From: Bdellovibrionota bacterium
GTDB taxonomy: Bacteria; Bdellovibrionota_C; UBA2361; CALJRW01
Direction of reading: 5' to 3'
DNA: 64,000 nucleotides
Assembly (NCBI GenBank): GCA_041740355.1
Contig: JBGSMD010000038.1
Coordinates: 96,001-160,000 of the forward strand
Position 1 is the first letter of the stretch, and every line of letters begins with the position of its first letter. Positions 31,454 through 41,823 of this stretch are shown piece by piece. The position numbers and the translations under genes are program-made. The notes beneath the pieces are model-generated. The model saw only the letters and a program-made list of their open reading frames with translations. It ran no database searches and was not told the origin of the DNA.

Positions 31454-31524
31454 TTCTCCCCTTTTGGGACGCAGAAGATAATCTAGTTATTAGTGGTAAT
31501 GCTGGGCGTCCCAAAAGGGGAGAA
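31454..31524. repeat. 71-nt palindromic element, copy 3
   Basis: Perfect arms TTCTCCCCTTTTGGGACGC/GCGTCCCAAAAGGGGAGAA, extendable by TAG/CTA; begins right after the stop codon of 30665-31453. Confidence 0.85.
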
Positions 31525-31595
31525 CTAATTTTCTATTTATACCGCGCTTAGCCTGTTCCTTATTTACTTTAAATTTTAGATTATTTAAGATAATA

Positions 31596-31732
31596 TAGTT
31601 GTGACAAAAAGTAATTTCTGAATGATTAAAAGTTACTTTTGAGGTTTTTGTCATAACTATATGATTTTATTTTCCCTCTGGGGGATAGTAAGCTTCAAAA
31701 AGTGATTCCCTACGGAAATCACTTTTTGGACT
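31596..31732 (-). repeat. ~135-nt three-hairpin dispersed repeat, copy 2
   Basis: Reverse complement aligns with 1980-2114: same stems with compensatory changes and identical AATAAAATCATATAGTTAT. Confidence 0.75.
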
Positions 31733-31770
31733 TACTATATTATTAATTTTAACTTAAGGCAGGATTTTTT

Positions 31771-33207
31771 ATGACAATGCTGAAGAATTTTTTAGAGCTT
31801 CCTTACGACGAATTAGAAAAAAGGAATCTTGAAGCTAAGGCTAAACAATTAGCTAAAGTTAGCTATGACGAACTTCAAGACGAGTATCTTAAAATCTTAG
31901 CTGAAGAAACTTCTTTAAAGGCAGTAACTGTATGTTTCACTGACTTAGAAGGTAAATTTCATATGTTAGATTATGATAAAAAGTTTTTATTGAAATCATA
32001 CGACAATTTAACTTTTGACGGCTCTTCCGTACGTGGTTTCTCTGTTGTTAGAGAATCAGATCTACGTTTGCAAATAGATTGGGGATCTTTTCGTTGGTTA
32101 CCGTCTGATGTTTTTGGCGGTGGTAAGGTAATTGTTTTTGCTTTAATTAAGTCAATTGATGGACAGCCTTATATTTCTGATATGCGCCACCAATTAGCCT
32201 TATACTTAGAAGAATTGCATAAGAAGAATAAATATCTGGTGAATGTTTCTGTCGAGTGTGAAGGTTTCTTATTTGAAGGAATTAATGCCGAGCAAAATTT
32301 CTCCTCTCGTGAAGGTTTTAAATTCGCATCTAGTGGGGGGTATTACCAGTCCTTGCCTAAGGACCCATTAAAGATGTTTATTGATCAGTTGGCCGAAGCA
32401 CAACGTGCTATGGGCTTTGAAAATGAGAAAGATCATCCTGAGGTTGCTCCGGCACAGTTTGAGCTAAACTATACTTACACTGATGCCTTGTTAGCAGCTG
32501 ACCAAGTCCAATTGTATAAATTAGTCGCTCGTCAGGTCGCTAATAACATGGGATTCACCGCGTCATTCTTGCCAAAACCAATTGCAGGTATCAACGGTTC
32601 TGGAATGCACACTAATCTTTCGATCAGTAAGGCTGGAAAAAACATCTTCTTTTCTAAGGATGGGGAAGACAAGCTTTCAACGGAAGCTTGGGATTTCATT
32701 GATCGGATTTTAAATAATGCTGATGATCTTTGTTTAGTGCTTAATCCAAGTGTTAATGCTTACAGACGTTTGGATCCACATTTTGAAGCTCCAAACCAAA
32801 TTAAGTCTTCTGCCATTGACCGAACTTCAATGGTCAGAATTCCACTTGGAAATGAGAAGTCATCTCGAATGGAAGTACGAACGGTTGCTCCAGATGCTAA
32901 TCCATATTTAGCGTTTTTCACGATCATTAAAGCTGGTTTAGAAGGTCCAATGAAAGAAGCAATTTCAGCAGAAGGTCGTCGTACAAGAACAAGATTCTTG
33001 CCGGACAACATTTACGATGCAATTCGTTTGTTTAAGACTAGTTCATTCATGGCGGAAATTCTTGGCGAAGAAACTAAAGCTAAATACGTAGAGCGTAAGC
33101 AGGAAGCTGCCGATCGTTGTCCAAAAGCACTAGGAACTTTGGTAAAAACTGAAGAAGTTCTTTTTCACCACGAAGTTACTAATCAGTATCTTTGGGGTCG
33201 ATTCTAA
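31771..33207 (+). CDS. glnA: Glutamine synthetase (type I family)
   Basis: TFDGSSVRGF, HPEVAPAQFE, FLPKP..GINGSGMHTN, NAYRRL.PHFEAP, RMEVR..APDANPYL. Confidence 0.9.
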   Translation: MTMLKNFLELPYDELEKRNLEAKAKQLAKVSYDELQDEYLKILAEETSLKAVTVCFTDLEGKFHMLDYDKKFLLKSYDNLTFDGSSVRGFSVVRESDLRLQIDWGSFRWLPSDVFGGGKVIVFALIKSIDGQPYISDMRHQLALYLEELHKKNKYLVNVSVECEGFLFEGINAEQNFSSREGFKFASSGGYYQSLPKDPLKMFIDQLAEAQRAMGFENEKDHPEVAPAQFELNYTYTDALLAADQVQLYKLVARQVANNMGFTASFLPKPIAGINGSGMHTNLSISKAGKNIFFSKDGEDKLSTEAWDFIDRILNNADDLCLVLNPSVNAYRRLDPHFEAPNQIKSSAIDRTSMVRIPLGNEKSSRMEVRTVAPDANPYLAFFTIIKAGLEGPMKEAISAEGRRTRTRFLPDNIYDAIRLFKTSSFMAEILGEETKAKYVERKQEAADRCPKALGTLVKTEEVLFHHEVTNQYLWGRF

Positions 33208-33232
33208 AGATAATTTAATAGTTAATAAGAGG

Positions 33233-33272
33233 GCCTAAAGTGAAATTTATATTTTCACTTTAGGCTTTTTTT
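33233..33272 (+). terminator. Rho-independent terminator after glnA
   Basis: GCCTAAAGTGAAA..TTTCACTTTAGGC followed by a T7 run. Confidence 0.85.
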
Positions 33273-33412
33273 GTAGCGCCACTTTTAAGTTTGTTAATGT
33301 TGGCTAATAAAAAACTATTATTGAAGCAAAAAAACTGATATAAAACCCAGATAGTGTTGCCAGAATAAATAAATTAGCTGAGTAAGTTTTCAATTATTAA
33401 ACAATTAATTTT

Positions 33413-34231
33413 ATGCTTACAAAAATAATAATTTTCTTACTTCTGTTTCCAATTATTGCCAGCGGAGATCGCTCAGAGCATTTAGAGTATGATATTCAAC
33501 ACCAGAAAGGCTACTCTGTAATTCAAGACTTCTCTAACAACATTCTAAGTAATTTTAAATGTGAAGTTTCTTTGGAAGAAGAAATCAATCAGGTGATTGT
33601 GGGGGCTGTTACTACTTTCGGTTCTGAATTCTCAGAAACAGCATCGCGCCTAGCTGAAGTTATGGAACAAATAAAAACATTAGCAGTTAGTAATAATGTT
33701 TCAGTTAACGCTTTTGAAATCATACGTGGCTATGGTAATCAAAGTTCTGATAAAAACCTTTTAGGCCCGATTGTAATTTCCCAGCCGTTAGAATTAACCT
33801 TACCTAAAAATCTAGCTAATTTGGATATTTTCTTAGATCAATTACGTAATGTCGGATTAACAAAATTTGGATTGGTCAAAAATTTGGATCAATTAAACTC
33901 TTTAAGTAATAGAACTTCTCAGGTTGTACTTAGAAAGGTGAGTATATCGAAAGATTATATATCTGATACGATCATGAATTGTCTAAAAGAGACAATTAAA
34001 GAGAAATGCCAAGATATTACTTTTAGTGAAAGTGAGATTTGCCTCGACCCTCCAGCCGGAATGAAGCAATTGATTCCCAAGCTTAATAATTTGCGCTTAA
34101 ATATTCACCCGATGCCGATCGAGGGAGGGACTAATTTTAGCTTTTCGTTTAATGAGCTAGATACAACAGAGCCACGTGCCTACTACTTTTCATCTAATGA
34201 AAAAGCTTATTTAAGATATAATATCTATTAA
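33413..34231 (+). CDS. Secreted hypothetical protein
   Basis: 272-aa ORF with signal peptide; no motif confidently recognised. Confidence 0.7.
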   Translation: MLTKIIIFLLLFPIIASGDRSEHLEYDIQHQKGYSVIQDFSNNILSNFKCEVSLEEEINQVIVGAVTTFGSEFSETASRLAEVMEQIKTLAVSNNVSVNAFEIIRGYGNQSSDKNLLGPIVISQPLELTLPKNLANLDIFLDQLRNVGLTKFGLVKNLDQLNSLSNRTSQVVLRKVSISKDYISDTIMNCLKETIKEKCQDITFSESEICLDPPAGMKQLIPKLNNLRLNIHPMPIEGGTNFSFSFNELDTTEPRAYYFSSNEKAYLRYNIY

Positions 34232-34240
34232 TTGCACTAA

Positions 34241-35884
34241 ATGGAAAGATTCTTGTCTTTGAAGTCAATCTTTATATTTCTGCTATTAATTCCTTTTTTA
34301 GCGAAAGCTGAGAAATATTCAGCAGATGAATTATTGACTGCTTTATATCGGGGTGATTATTTAGAACTAGGGGAGCCTCCAACAGCTCTAAATCCATATT
34401 GGAGGTCATTATATAAAATTCATCAGACCCTAAGTCAAAGTGAAGTTTTGCAAGAAGAATATAAAAACGAAGTAACAAGATTAATACCTGCTGAGAATGA
34501 GCAACTACCCTATGAGTTAAGACTTTTTGAGGAAGAATATGATCCGGTTGATTTAATTAGTGCAATTAGTTTTGGTATAATTTCAAGTGGAACTAGTAAT
34601 CTAGATTTTTTAGTCCAGATGCTTAACGAGAACTCTGATAGTCTTAGTCAGCGCTCATTAATATCTGCCTACTTACTAAACCAATTTGGACTTGATTCCT
34701 CAGTCCAACAGTTTATTCGCTCAACTGGGATGTGCTATGCAGATGGGGCTCCATTTGATGCAGCTTTAGCGACTAATCTAAAAAGGCAAGTCACGCATTT
34801 ACGGAACATCCCAAGAGCAGCAAGAAAACCTAATAGTATTGTTCAGTATTGTGACCCACACAGATATCTGAACGTGGCGGAAAGCCAACAGGCATATTTA
34901 GTCAGTATGCTGCCTAAGAAAGTCCTTATCGATAATGTTGAATGTCAAGATTGGTTACTTATTAGAAAAAATTCATTTGATCCAATAACCAGAAATTCTG
35001 TTTATCGCGGTCTTTCTCGAGCGGGATATTTTAGTGATACCAATATTTTTTTAAATTCTCTCAAGCGAGAGAGCATGGCTGAGCTAAAAAGATATCTTGT
35101 ACGTAATCTTTGGTTATTAAATGCCAATCAATTGATCAAAATGGCACAGTTAATATTAGAGCAAGAAACAGATCTCGGAGTTCATCGAAGTGTAAATGCA
35201 TTAATTTCAAGAGTATTAAAAGGAGAACATCGAATTTCAAGTGCTGAATTACTTTTGCCAACTCCACCTCAGTATCTTAGGGAGTTTAGAACTGTTGGAA
35301 ATTTAGAACTTAGCACGGAGTTTAGAGAACAATTTTACCGCTGGGCGGAAGATCCCACGACTTCACTCCAGCTGGAAGGACGAAGAGCAATGCTTGGTCA
35401 TTTTGAGTCAGATAGAAATTCCATAATGGATCTTAGAAAAGCACGTTTCTTAGTAAACGATCCTAAACCACAAGAGTTATTTGTTCGAATGGGATTTTTT
35501 ACTGAACCAACCTTATTGCCTGTATTTAAGCTATTAAGACCGTTAGCCCAAACTAATTATGAACGTGAAAATTTTGAAAATATTTTTTCTGTACTTGAAA
35601 AATCAGCGACTGGTGAGTGGCAACCCAGTAAAGTATGCCAAGAGAAGATCCCCAAGTGTTTGCTAGAAGCTGCAGGTATTAATTATTTAAAACAGGCTCA
35701 TTTAAGTAGCTTATCAGAAGCAAATAAATTACTTAGTGTCGCGATTGACCCTTTGTCTAATGGATTTAAAATAATAACTGATAATTTTATCAGCGATAAG
35801 ATTACTATTGAAAATCCGTCCCACAAAACTGAAGAGTGGTTTTACAGTGAAAAATTTGGCTGGATAATTCCCAAATTATCTTAG
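34241..35884 (+). CDS. Secreted, largely helical hypothetical protein
   Basis: 547-aa ORF with AxA-type signal peptide; 9 nt downstream of the previous gene. Confidence 0.72.
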   Translation: MERFLSLKSIFIFLLLIPFLAKAEKYSADELLTALYRGDYLELGEPPTALNPYWRSLYKIHQTLSQSEVLQEEYKNEVTRLIPAENEQLPYELRLFEEEYDPVDLISAISFGIISSGTSNLDFLVQMLNENSDSLSQRSLISAYLLNQFGLDSSVQQFIRSTGMCYADGAPFDAALATNLKRQVTHLRNIPRAARKPNSIVQYCDPHRYLNVAESQQAYLVSMLPKKVLIDNVECQDWLLIRKNSFDPITRNSVYRGLSRAGYFSDTNIFLNSLKRESMAELKRYLVRNLWLLNANQLIKMAQLILEQETDLGVHRSVNALISRVLKGEHRISSAELLLPTPPQYLREFRTVGNLELSTEFREQFYRWAEDPTTSLQLEGRRAMLGHFESDRNSIMDLRKARFLVNDPKPQELFVRMGFFTEPTLLPVFKLLRPLAQTNYERENFENIFSVLEKSATGEWQPSKVCQEKIPKCLLEAAGINYLKQAHLSSLSEANKLLSVAIDPLSNGFKIITDNFISDKITIENPSHKTEEWFYSEKFGWIIPKLS

Positions 35885-36036
35885 TACTCACAATTAGAAG
35901 CAATATATCAGTTGATAAGTAGTAATCTCTTGAATGAGGTTACATTTGAAGAAATCACTTTTTATGATTCAGATCATAAGTTTATTTTGGTTTATCTCCA
36001 CATAATACATTAAAGTTTATATATATTGTATCTGTT

Positions 36037-36465
36037 ATGAACAACTCAGAGCTAATTGAAAAATTTCAAAAATTATTAAGAGGTGAGATTGCTGCTACCG
36101 AAACTTACTCACAAGCCTTAAAGATTGTGGATGATCCCCTTCAAGAGTTATTGCAGGAGATCTTGGAAGAGCATGAGCAAAGCGTCATCAGTATCGAAAA
36201 ACATCTAATGAAATTAGGAGGGGAGAGAACTCATGACTCAGGAGTATGGGGAATCGTTACTAAAGTTATTGAAGGTTCTGTTTCCATTATTGGTTCTTCT
36301 GCAACTCTAACGGCACTAAAACAAGGAGAGCTTTTAGGTATCTATGATTACGAAAGTGTCTTACGAATGAAAAATCTTAAACCTGAATGTCACTTATTTA
36401 TTTCCAAGGAATTATTACCACTTTGCACTAAACACGTTTTGCAATTAGAAAATTTCAATCAATAA
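36037..36465 (+). CDS. PA2169/DUF2383 family ferritin-like four-helix bundle protein
   Basis: LLRGEIAATETY.QAL, EEH, SGVWG, LKQGE..G..DYE, H near the C-terminus. Confidence 0.8.
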   Translation: MNNSELIEKFQKLLRGEIAATETYSQALKIVDDPLQELLQEILEEHEQSVISIEKHLMKLGGERTHDSGVWGIVTKVIEGSVSIIGSSATLTALKQGELLGIYDYESVLRMKNLKPECHLFISKELLPLCTKHVLQLENFNQ

Positions 36466-36523
36466 GGATTCTTGTAAGTTGTACTAGACTAGATGTTTTT
36501 AAAAGTAAGACGTAAGAGCTAAA

Positions 36524-37360
36524 TTGATTATGTGGGAATTTCTAAAAAATTTATGGGATCGATTTAATCAGGTTAACTGTCCAAAACATGCAGCCGCAAT
36601 TGCATACTACACCATCTTTTCCATGTCACCGCTGATTATTATTTTAGTAATGATTGCTGGTGCAATTTTTGGAAGTGAAGCAGTTTCTGGTATTCTCTAT
36701 TCTGATTTGGAAGAAATAGTCGGTCAGCAAAGCGCTCTGTTAATCCAGTCATTGGTGGTAAGTGCGACCAAATCAAAAGGCAGTTTAATCTCTTCCATAT
36801 TAAGTGGCTCATTAATGCTAATTGGGGCATCAATCGTTTTGCACGCGCTACAAGAGGCTTTAGATGATATTTGGCAGGTCGATCAACCTTCTGAAAACTC
36901 TTGGCTTTTATTTTTCCGTAAAAGGATATTAGCAATATTAATGGTGCTGATAATTGGCATAATTTTTTTAGGGTCTATAATATTAAGTTCAACAATCAGC
37001 TACTTGCAGCAATATGCATATGGAATAACAGCTCATTGGATTCATTTTGCATCTTTCCTTGATTTCGCACTAACCTTCTTTGTTAATACTGTAATCTTTA
37101 CCAGTATCTATAAGTTTCTCCCTTCTAGTAAGGTTGGACTATATTATGCCTTTGTCGGTGGAGTTGTTGCCTCTGTCTTATTTCTTCTAGGTAAAATTTT
37201 AATTGGCTTGTACATTGTGCACACTGGAATTAACAACTCTTATGGTGTCGCCGGATCCTTAGTTATAATTCTGCTCTGGGTCTATTATATATCTCAAATT
37301 ATTTTGATTGGGGCATTGATCTCCGAAGAACTTTCTCGTTTTTACAAAAAGAAAGTTTAG
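36524..37360 (+). CDS. YihY/virulence factor BrkB family membrane protein
   Basis: AAAIAYYTIFS..P, LQEALDDIW, YKFLP, YGVAGSLVIILLWVYY..QIIL.GA. Confidence 0.9.
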   Translation: MIMWEFLKNLWDRFNQVNCPKHAAAIAYYTIFSMSPLIIILVMIAGAIFGSEAVSGILYSDLEEIVGQQSALLIQSLVVSATKSKGSLISSILSGSLMLIGASIVLHALQEALDDIWQVDQPSENSWLLFFRKRILAILMVLIIGIIFLGSIILSSTISYLQQYAYGITAHWIHFASFLDFALTFFVNTVIFTSIYKFLPSSKVGLYYAFVGGVVASVLFLLGKILIGLYIVHTGINNSYGVAGSLVIILLWVYYISQIILIGALISEELSRFYKKKV

Positions 37361-37977
37361 TCTTTTGATAAATCTGTATTTTTGCAAGTAATTACTCTAA
37401 GCGGTGGAAAATTGTGCCATACTTGGCTGGTGCTGATTACTTGAAAGTATTGACTGAGCAGGTTTTGAATTTTATCTGAATTCCAAAAGGGAAACATATT
37501 TGCTTGATAAATAATGAAAGTTCCATTTGGCTTCAGCGATGATTTCACATTTCGAAGAATTTGATCAATTTGTTTCTCCTCAATTAGACTAAAAGGTATT
37601 CCACAAATAACAACATCGACAATAGTCTGATTTCTCTTAGTGATCAGATTAATTTTTTCAGCTGACATTTGAAAAATGGAAAGCCGGGAGTCTTTGATTT
37701 TCTGCTTTACGTGATGAACTAGATTGGAACATGTTTCAAATGCCATCAGTTGTGAATTCGGCGACATCTGATTTAAGAGTGATCTAGTAATAACTCCATT
37801 TCCCATTCCTAGTTCTACAATATTTTTTACAATATCAAAATTAATTTGTTCAGACAATTCAGCAGCTGTATAATTTGAGGAAGGAATTATTGATGCTACC
37901 TGACGATCTTTCAAAAAATTAAGATAGAGCTTGTTTTGATGAAACTTGGTTAATGAAGATATTAAGGTATTATTCAT
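37357..37977 (-). CDS. Class I SAM-dependent methyltransferase (phospholipid N-methyltransferase-like)
   Basis: VASIIPSS, VELGMGNGVIT, DVVICGIPFS, W.NFPP. Confidence 0.8.
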   Translation of the reverse strand: MNNTLISSLTKFHQNKLYLNFLKDRQVASIIPSSNYTAAELSEQINFDIVKNIVELGMGNGVITRSLLNQMSPNSQLMAFETCSNLVHHVKQKIKDSRLSIFQMSAEKINLITKRNQTIVDVVICGIPFSLIEEKQIDQILRNVKSSLKPNGTFIIYQANMFPFWNSDKIQNLLSQYFQVISTSQVWHNFPPLRVITCKNTDLSKD

Positions 37978-38309
37978 CTGAAGTTAGCTATAAATTAATC
38001 CTTAATATTGTAATAAATTTATACTATCAATCGCTATGATTAATATCACATTGGAGAACTAATAGATCAGAATTAAGTATTTAAATGAGGATTTGAATTA
38101 AATCTAAGAGCAAAAGAGTCGTCAGGTACTATCCGTAGTAATGTTTCATTCTTTACTTTATAGCTAAGCCGAATTAGCTCCGGTTCTGTATTCTCTAAGT
38201 TTCTATTTTTTGAAAAGTTAATTTGATTAAACCTATCACGGAACAATTGATGAATGTTATTGGAGGCATTATGCACTTTGTTTATTAACATTTGGAAAAA
38301 AAGAATTCC

Positions 38310-38984
38310 TCATTTGCAAGGGAAGGTGCAAGTATTGCAATTGTATATTTTAAATGAAGAACAAGATGCCTTAGAAACTAAAAGATTAGTAGAAGCTGAG
38401 AAGCAAAAGTGTTTTTTGATCAGGGGCGATTTACAAGAACAAAAGTTTTGCAAAACAACTGTTAACAAGTGTATTCGTCATTTTGGTGGAATAAATATCT
38501 TGATAAATAATGCTGCTAAGCAATTTCCTTAAGAGTCAATTGAAGATATTAATGTTGAACAATTAGAAACTACTTTCAAAGTGAATATTTTTCCCATGTT
38601 CTAATTAGCTCAAGCGGCACTTAAATATTTATCGGTGGATGATACTATTATTAACACCGCATCTGTTTTGCTTATCGTGGTAGTTCACACCTTTTGGACT
38701 ATTCTGCGAGTAAGGGAGCAGTTGTTGCTTTTACCCGTTCTCTAGCAGCTAATCTGGTAGATAAAGGAATTAGGGTAAACGCCGTTGCGCCAGGACCAAT
38801 TTGGACTCCACTAATTCCGGCAACTTTTAAAGCAGAAGAAGTCGCACAATTTGGTTCTGATGTTCCCATGAAGCGAGTTGGTCAGCCGTCGGAGCTTGCG
38901 CCAAGTTTTGTATTTTTAGCATCTGAAGATTCTTCATATATTACTGGCCAAGTACTTCATTCCAATGGCGGTGATTCTTTTTAA
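38310..38984 (+). pseudogene. Degraded SDR oxidoreductase (YdaD/general stress protein 39-like)
   Basis: FAREGA.IAIVY, frameshift, ILINNAA, stop at 38530-32, second in-frame stop, frameshift, DYSASKGA..GIRVNAVAPGPIWTPL; N-terminal TGxxxGIG missing. Confidence 0.88.
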
Positions 38985-39062
38985 ATTGTTCATAACCTAT
39001 CGTTACTTTTTTTACTGACTCGAAGAAATACAAAAATATGTAATTAATTTTACTCACGCACA

Positions 39063-39684
39063 ATGAACGAACAGAAATTTAAAAAAATGTTTTTTCATGA
39101 TACTTTGAAAGTTGCTCAGCGATTGTTGGGAATGAAGCTAGCAGCTAGATTAGATGATCAAATTACGTCAGGAATGATCGTAGAAGTTGAAGCCTAGCAT
39201 GTTGAAATTGACGCTGTCTGTCATTGTTTTTTAATCTCGCACTCCTCGGAATGAGGTTATGTTTTGGGAGCCTGGCCATTGCTATATTTATCAAATTTAT
39301 GGAATGCATCGCTGTGTCAATTTAGTTACTGAAAAAGCAGGTACGGGTGCTGCCATTTTGATTAGAGCGTTAGAGCCGCTTTACGGGGTGGAGATCATTA
39401 AAGAAAGCAGAGGCGCAGTTCCTGTAAGGAATTTATTAAATGGACCGGGAAAAGTATGCCAAGCGATGGGCATTGATCAGAGCATGCTGGGTGCCAATAT
39501 GCTTACTTCCGAAGTCATTAGAATTGCCCCGTATAAAAAAATACCCAATCAAGAGATTGCCCAGAGTCGGCGAATTGGAATCCGCCGAGCAACAGAATTA
39601 GAGTGGCGTTTTTACTTGCTTAATAACAAATGGGTTTCACCTGCTAAGTTTAATCATTATCAGCCCCTTTCCAAATGCTGCTAA
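39063..39684 (+). pseudogene. Disrupted 3-methyladenine DNA glycosylase (MPG/AAG family)
   Basis: VAQRLLG..GMIVEVEA then TAG at 39195-97 where Tyr is expected; frameshift near 39230; then IYGMH, AILIRALEP, NGPGK, RIGI, WRFY. Confidence 0.85.
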
Positions 39685-39811
39685 AATGATTTTAATTTAA
39701 GAAATATAGCTAAAATATCCCTAAAAACTTGAAGGAATGAAGATTGTGGGCGTATTTTTGACTTTAGGATTTGGAGTTAGCTTCCGATGATAAATAAAAA
39801 TATAGGGTAAT

Positions 39812-41185
39812 ATGCTAACTTCAGGTAGTTTAATTTTTAATAGATATCAAATCATTCATCATCTGGGATCGGGAGGAATGGGTGATGTCTATCTAGTTCA
39901 GGATACACTGCTTAATAATCAACAAGTTGCCTTAAAATTACTTAGGTCTGATTTTCTTGCTAAAGATGGCAGTAAAGAAAGATTTTTACGCGAAGTTGAA
40001 CTTGCCAGGCAAGCAACTCATTCCAATGTTCTCCGGACCTTTGATGTCGGAGAGGATCCAGTTTATGGCATATATTTTACAATGGAATATGCCAATGGCA
40101 GTACCTTAGCAAAGTTACTGGAAAATGGAGCGATTAAATATCAACAGGTATTACTAATTATTCAACAATTACTATCAGGATTGGTAGAGATTCATCAGTC
40201 TAATATAATTCATCGCGACTTGAAGCCAAGCAATATTATCATCAATCATGATGGACAAGTGCAAATTATGGATTTTGGAATCGCACGTAGCGGTGATTCA
40301 CAATTAACTACTACCAGTGAAGTTTTAGGCAGTGGACCATACATGTCACCAGAGCAGTGGAAGGGTGGTACGATAACTGCAAAGACTGATTTATATTGTG
40401 TAGGGGTTATTTTATTTGAACTCCTAACAGGTATTCAACCCTTTCATGCTGAGACCGCTCCACAGCAAATGTATAAGCATTTAGTTGAACTACCCCAGCT
40501 AAAATCATGTAAAGCAGATCTTCCTAATTGGATAAATCAATTGACAATTACACTTTTGGCAAAGGACCCAGCGGATCGACCCAACTCAGCTAATGAAGTT
40601 TTACAACTGATTGAGGATAAAATTTATGTGGAGAAAATATATTCCGGATACCAGCTCGGAGCTGGAGGAACGAAGCTAATTTTTGAAGCTCGTGGGGCAG
40701 AAGATTGTTTTAAAAAAGTTGTTAAACAAAAAGCTTATTGGTCCAAGGTAACAGGCCTTAGTCTTGCTCTACTGACTCTGATGTCTATGGGCTTCGTAGG
40801 TAAGTCCTTTTTGGGAAATAGTTTTGAGGCAAATAAAAAACCTACGCCAACTTCTCGTAAAATTGAATCAAGCACTAATCCTTCCGGTATATCAGAAGAA
40901 AACTCAGGAAAATTATCAAAATCGACTACGAAAAATGTTGAACCAATAAATAATTTCACATTTAAAGAGGATTCCACTAAGAGCAGCGGAACAAAGGGTA
41001 CATACAATAAGGTAAAATTTAAGACTACTGAAAAATTCCCAGTTAAAGATGAAAAATACAACTCCAAAACAAAAGCAGAGCTACAGGCACAAAAAAATCA
41101 ATCGACAAACGCGATAGCTTCCAAACTAAAACTTCGACTTCAGCAAATGACACCTGAGGAAAGACAAAAATTCTTTAAAAAGTAA
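39812..41185 (+). CDS. Hanks-type Ser/Thr protein kinase with a TM segment and Lys/Ser-rich C-terminus
   Basis: LGSGGMGDVY, VALK, HRDLKPSN, DFG, YMSPEQ. Confidence 0.93.
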   Translation: MLTSGSLIFNRYQIIHHLGSGGMGDVYLVQDTLLNNQQVALKLLRSDFLAKDGSKERFLREVELARQATHSNVLRTFDVGEDPVYGIYFTMEYANGSTLAKLLENGAIKYQQVLLIIQQLLSGLVEIHQSNIIHRDLKPSNIIINHDGQVQIMDFGIARSGDSQLTTTSEVLGSGPYMSPEQWKGGTITAKTDLYCVGVILFELLTGIQPFHAETAPQQMYKHLVELPQLKSCKADLPNWINQLTITLLAKDPADRPNSANEVLQLIEDKIYVEKIYSGYQLGAGGTKLIFEARGAEDCFKKVVKQKAYWSKVTGLSLALLTLMSMGFVGKSFLGNSFEANKKPTPTSRKIESSTNPSGISEENSGKLSKSTTKNVEPINNFTFKEDSTKSSGTKGTYNKVKFKTTEKFPVKDEKYNSKTKAELQAQKNQSTNAIASKLKLRLQQMTPEERQKFFKK

Positions 41186-41214
41186 TATTTACTGCTTTAT
41201 TTTCGTATATTATC

Positions 41215-41427
41215 AACCTGAGTTCGATATAAGGTTCGTCACGAGACAAGCAAAGTGGCTGAAATGATTAAAAATTTATTTTTTATTCATTGTAATTTGA
41301 CTAGCAAAAACAAAAAATTTAAGCGCAGCTGTAGCAGAGTTACAGCGAGCATCAATTATTTTGTTTTTTGTAGGCAAATTCAGTCAGTTTGTTTGTCGTA
41401 GTAGAATCCTTATGTCGAACTCAGGTT
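41215..41427. mobile_element. 213-nt MITE-like palindromic element
   Basis: 20-bp terminal inverted repeats AACCTGAGTTCGATATAAGG/CCTTATGTCGAACTCAGGTT (one mismatch); internal self-complementarity; no ORF. Confidence 0.75.
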
Positions 41428-41548
41428 ATTACTTGGAGTAATTAAGTGCTAGGCAGCTCAATTGTAAGGGTTCAGGTATATTTAAGGTCTTGAAGGATCA
41501 AATTCCCTTTAAGGGGAAAATTTGCGTAGCAAATTGGTGTGGAGACAC

Positions 41549-41661
41549 TAGCCGTTCACACTACTGGCCAAAATCGTTCAGATTCTGTCCAAAAAAATAA
41601 GCTAGTCTGCGCTCATTTTAAGCTCTTATTATAACATGTTACAACACTACGTGAACGGCTA
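41549..41661. mobile_element. 113-nt MITE-like element
   Basis: Perfect 11-bp terminal inverted repeats TAGCCGTTCAC/GTGAACGGCTA. Confidence 0.5.
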
Positions 41662-41794
41662 CGTGAAATTACCAATTCTTTCCTAACTTATTGATAAGAT
41701 TAACTTTTTTGTAAATGCATAATTTCCTAGAAAATTGCTAATTATAAAGTAACTATGACACCAAGCTTTCCTAAGCTCCTAATACCCCTGTTGT

Positions 41795-41823
41795 TTGACT
41801 ATATTGTGCTATTCTGATAAAAC
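41795..41823 (+). promoter_or_regulatory. Putative promoter of the str operon
   Basis: TTGACT-N17-TAAAAC; alternative extended -10 TGcTATTCT at 41807-41815. Confidence 0.45.

Noticed and set aside
31596-31770. glnA (glutamine) riboswitch or GlnR/NtcA site upstream of glutamine synthetase
   Set aside because: No match to those consensus patterns that I can see; the stems are explained by the repeat shared with 1980-2114
38073-38291. 72-aa minus-strand ORF
   Set aside because: No motif, AT-rich and adjoining a decayed pseudogene; cannot be supported
39195-39197. Stop-codon recoding (TAG readthrough) in mpg
   Set aside because: A frameshift follows within ~40 nt, the neighbouring SDR has several lesions, and TAG is a normal stop in core genes such as rplL and tuf
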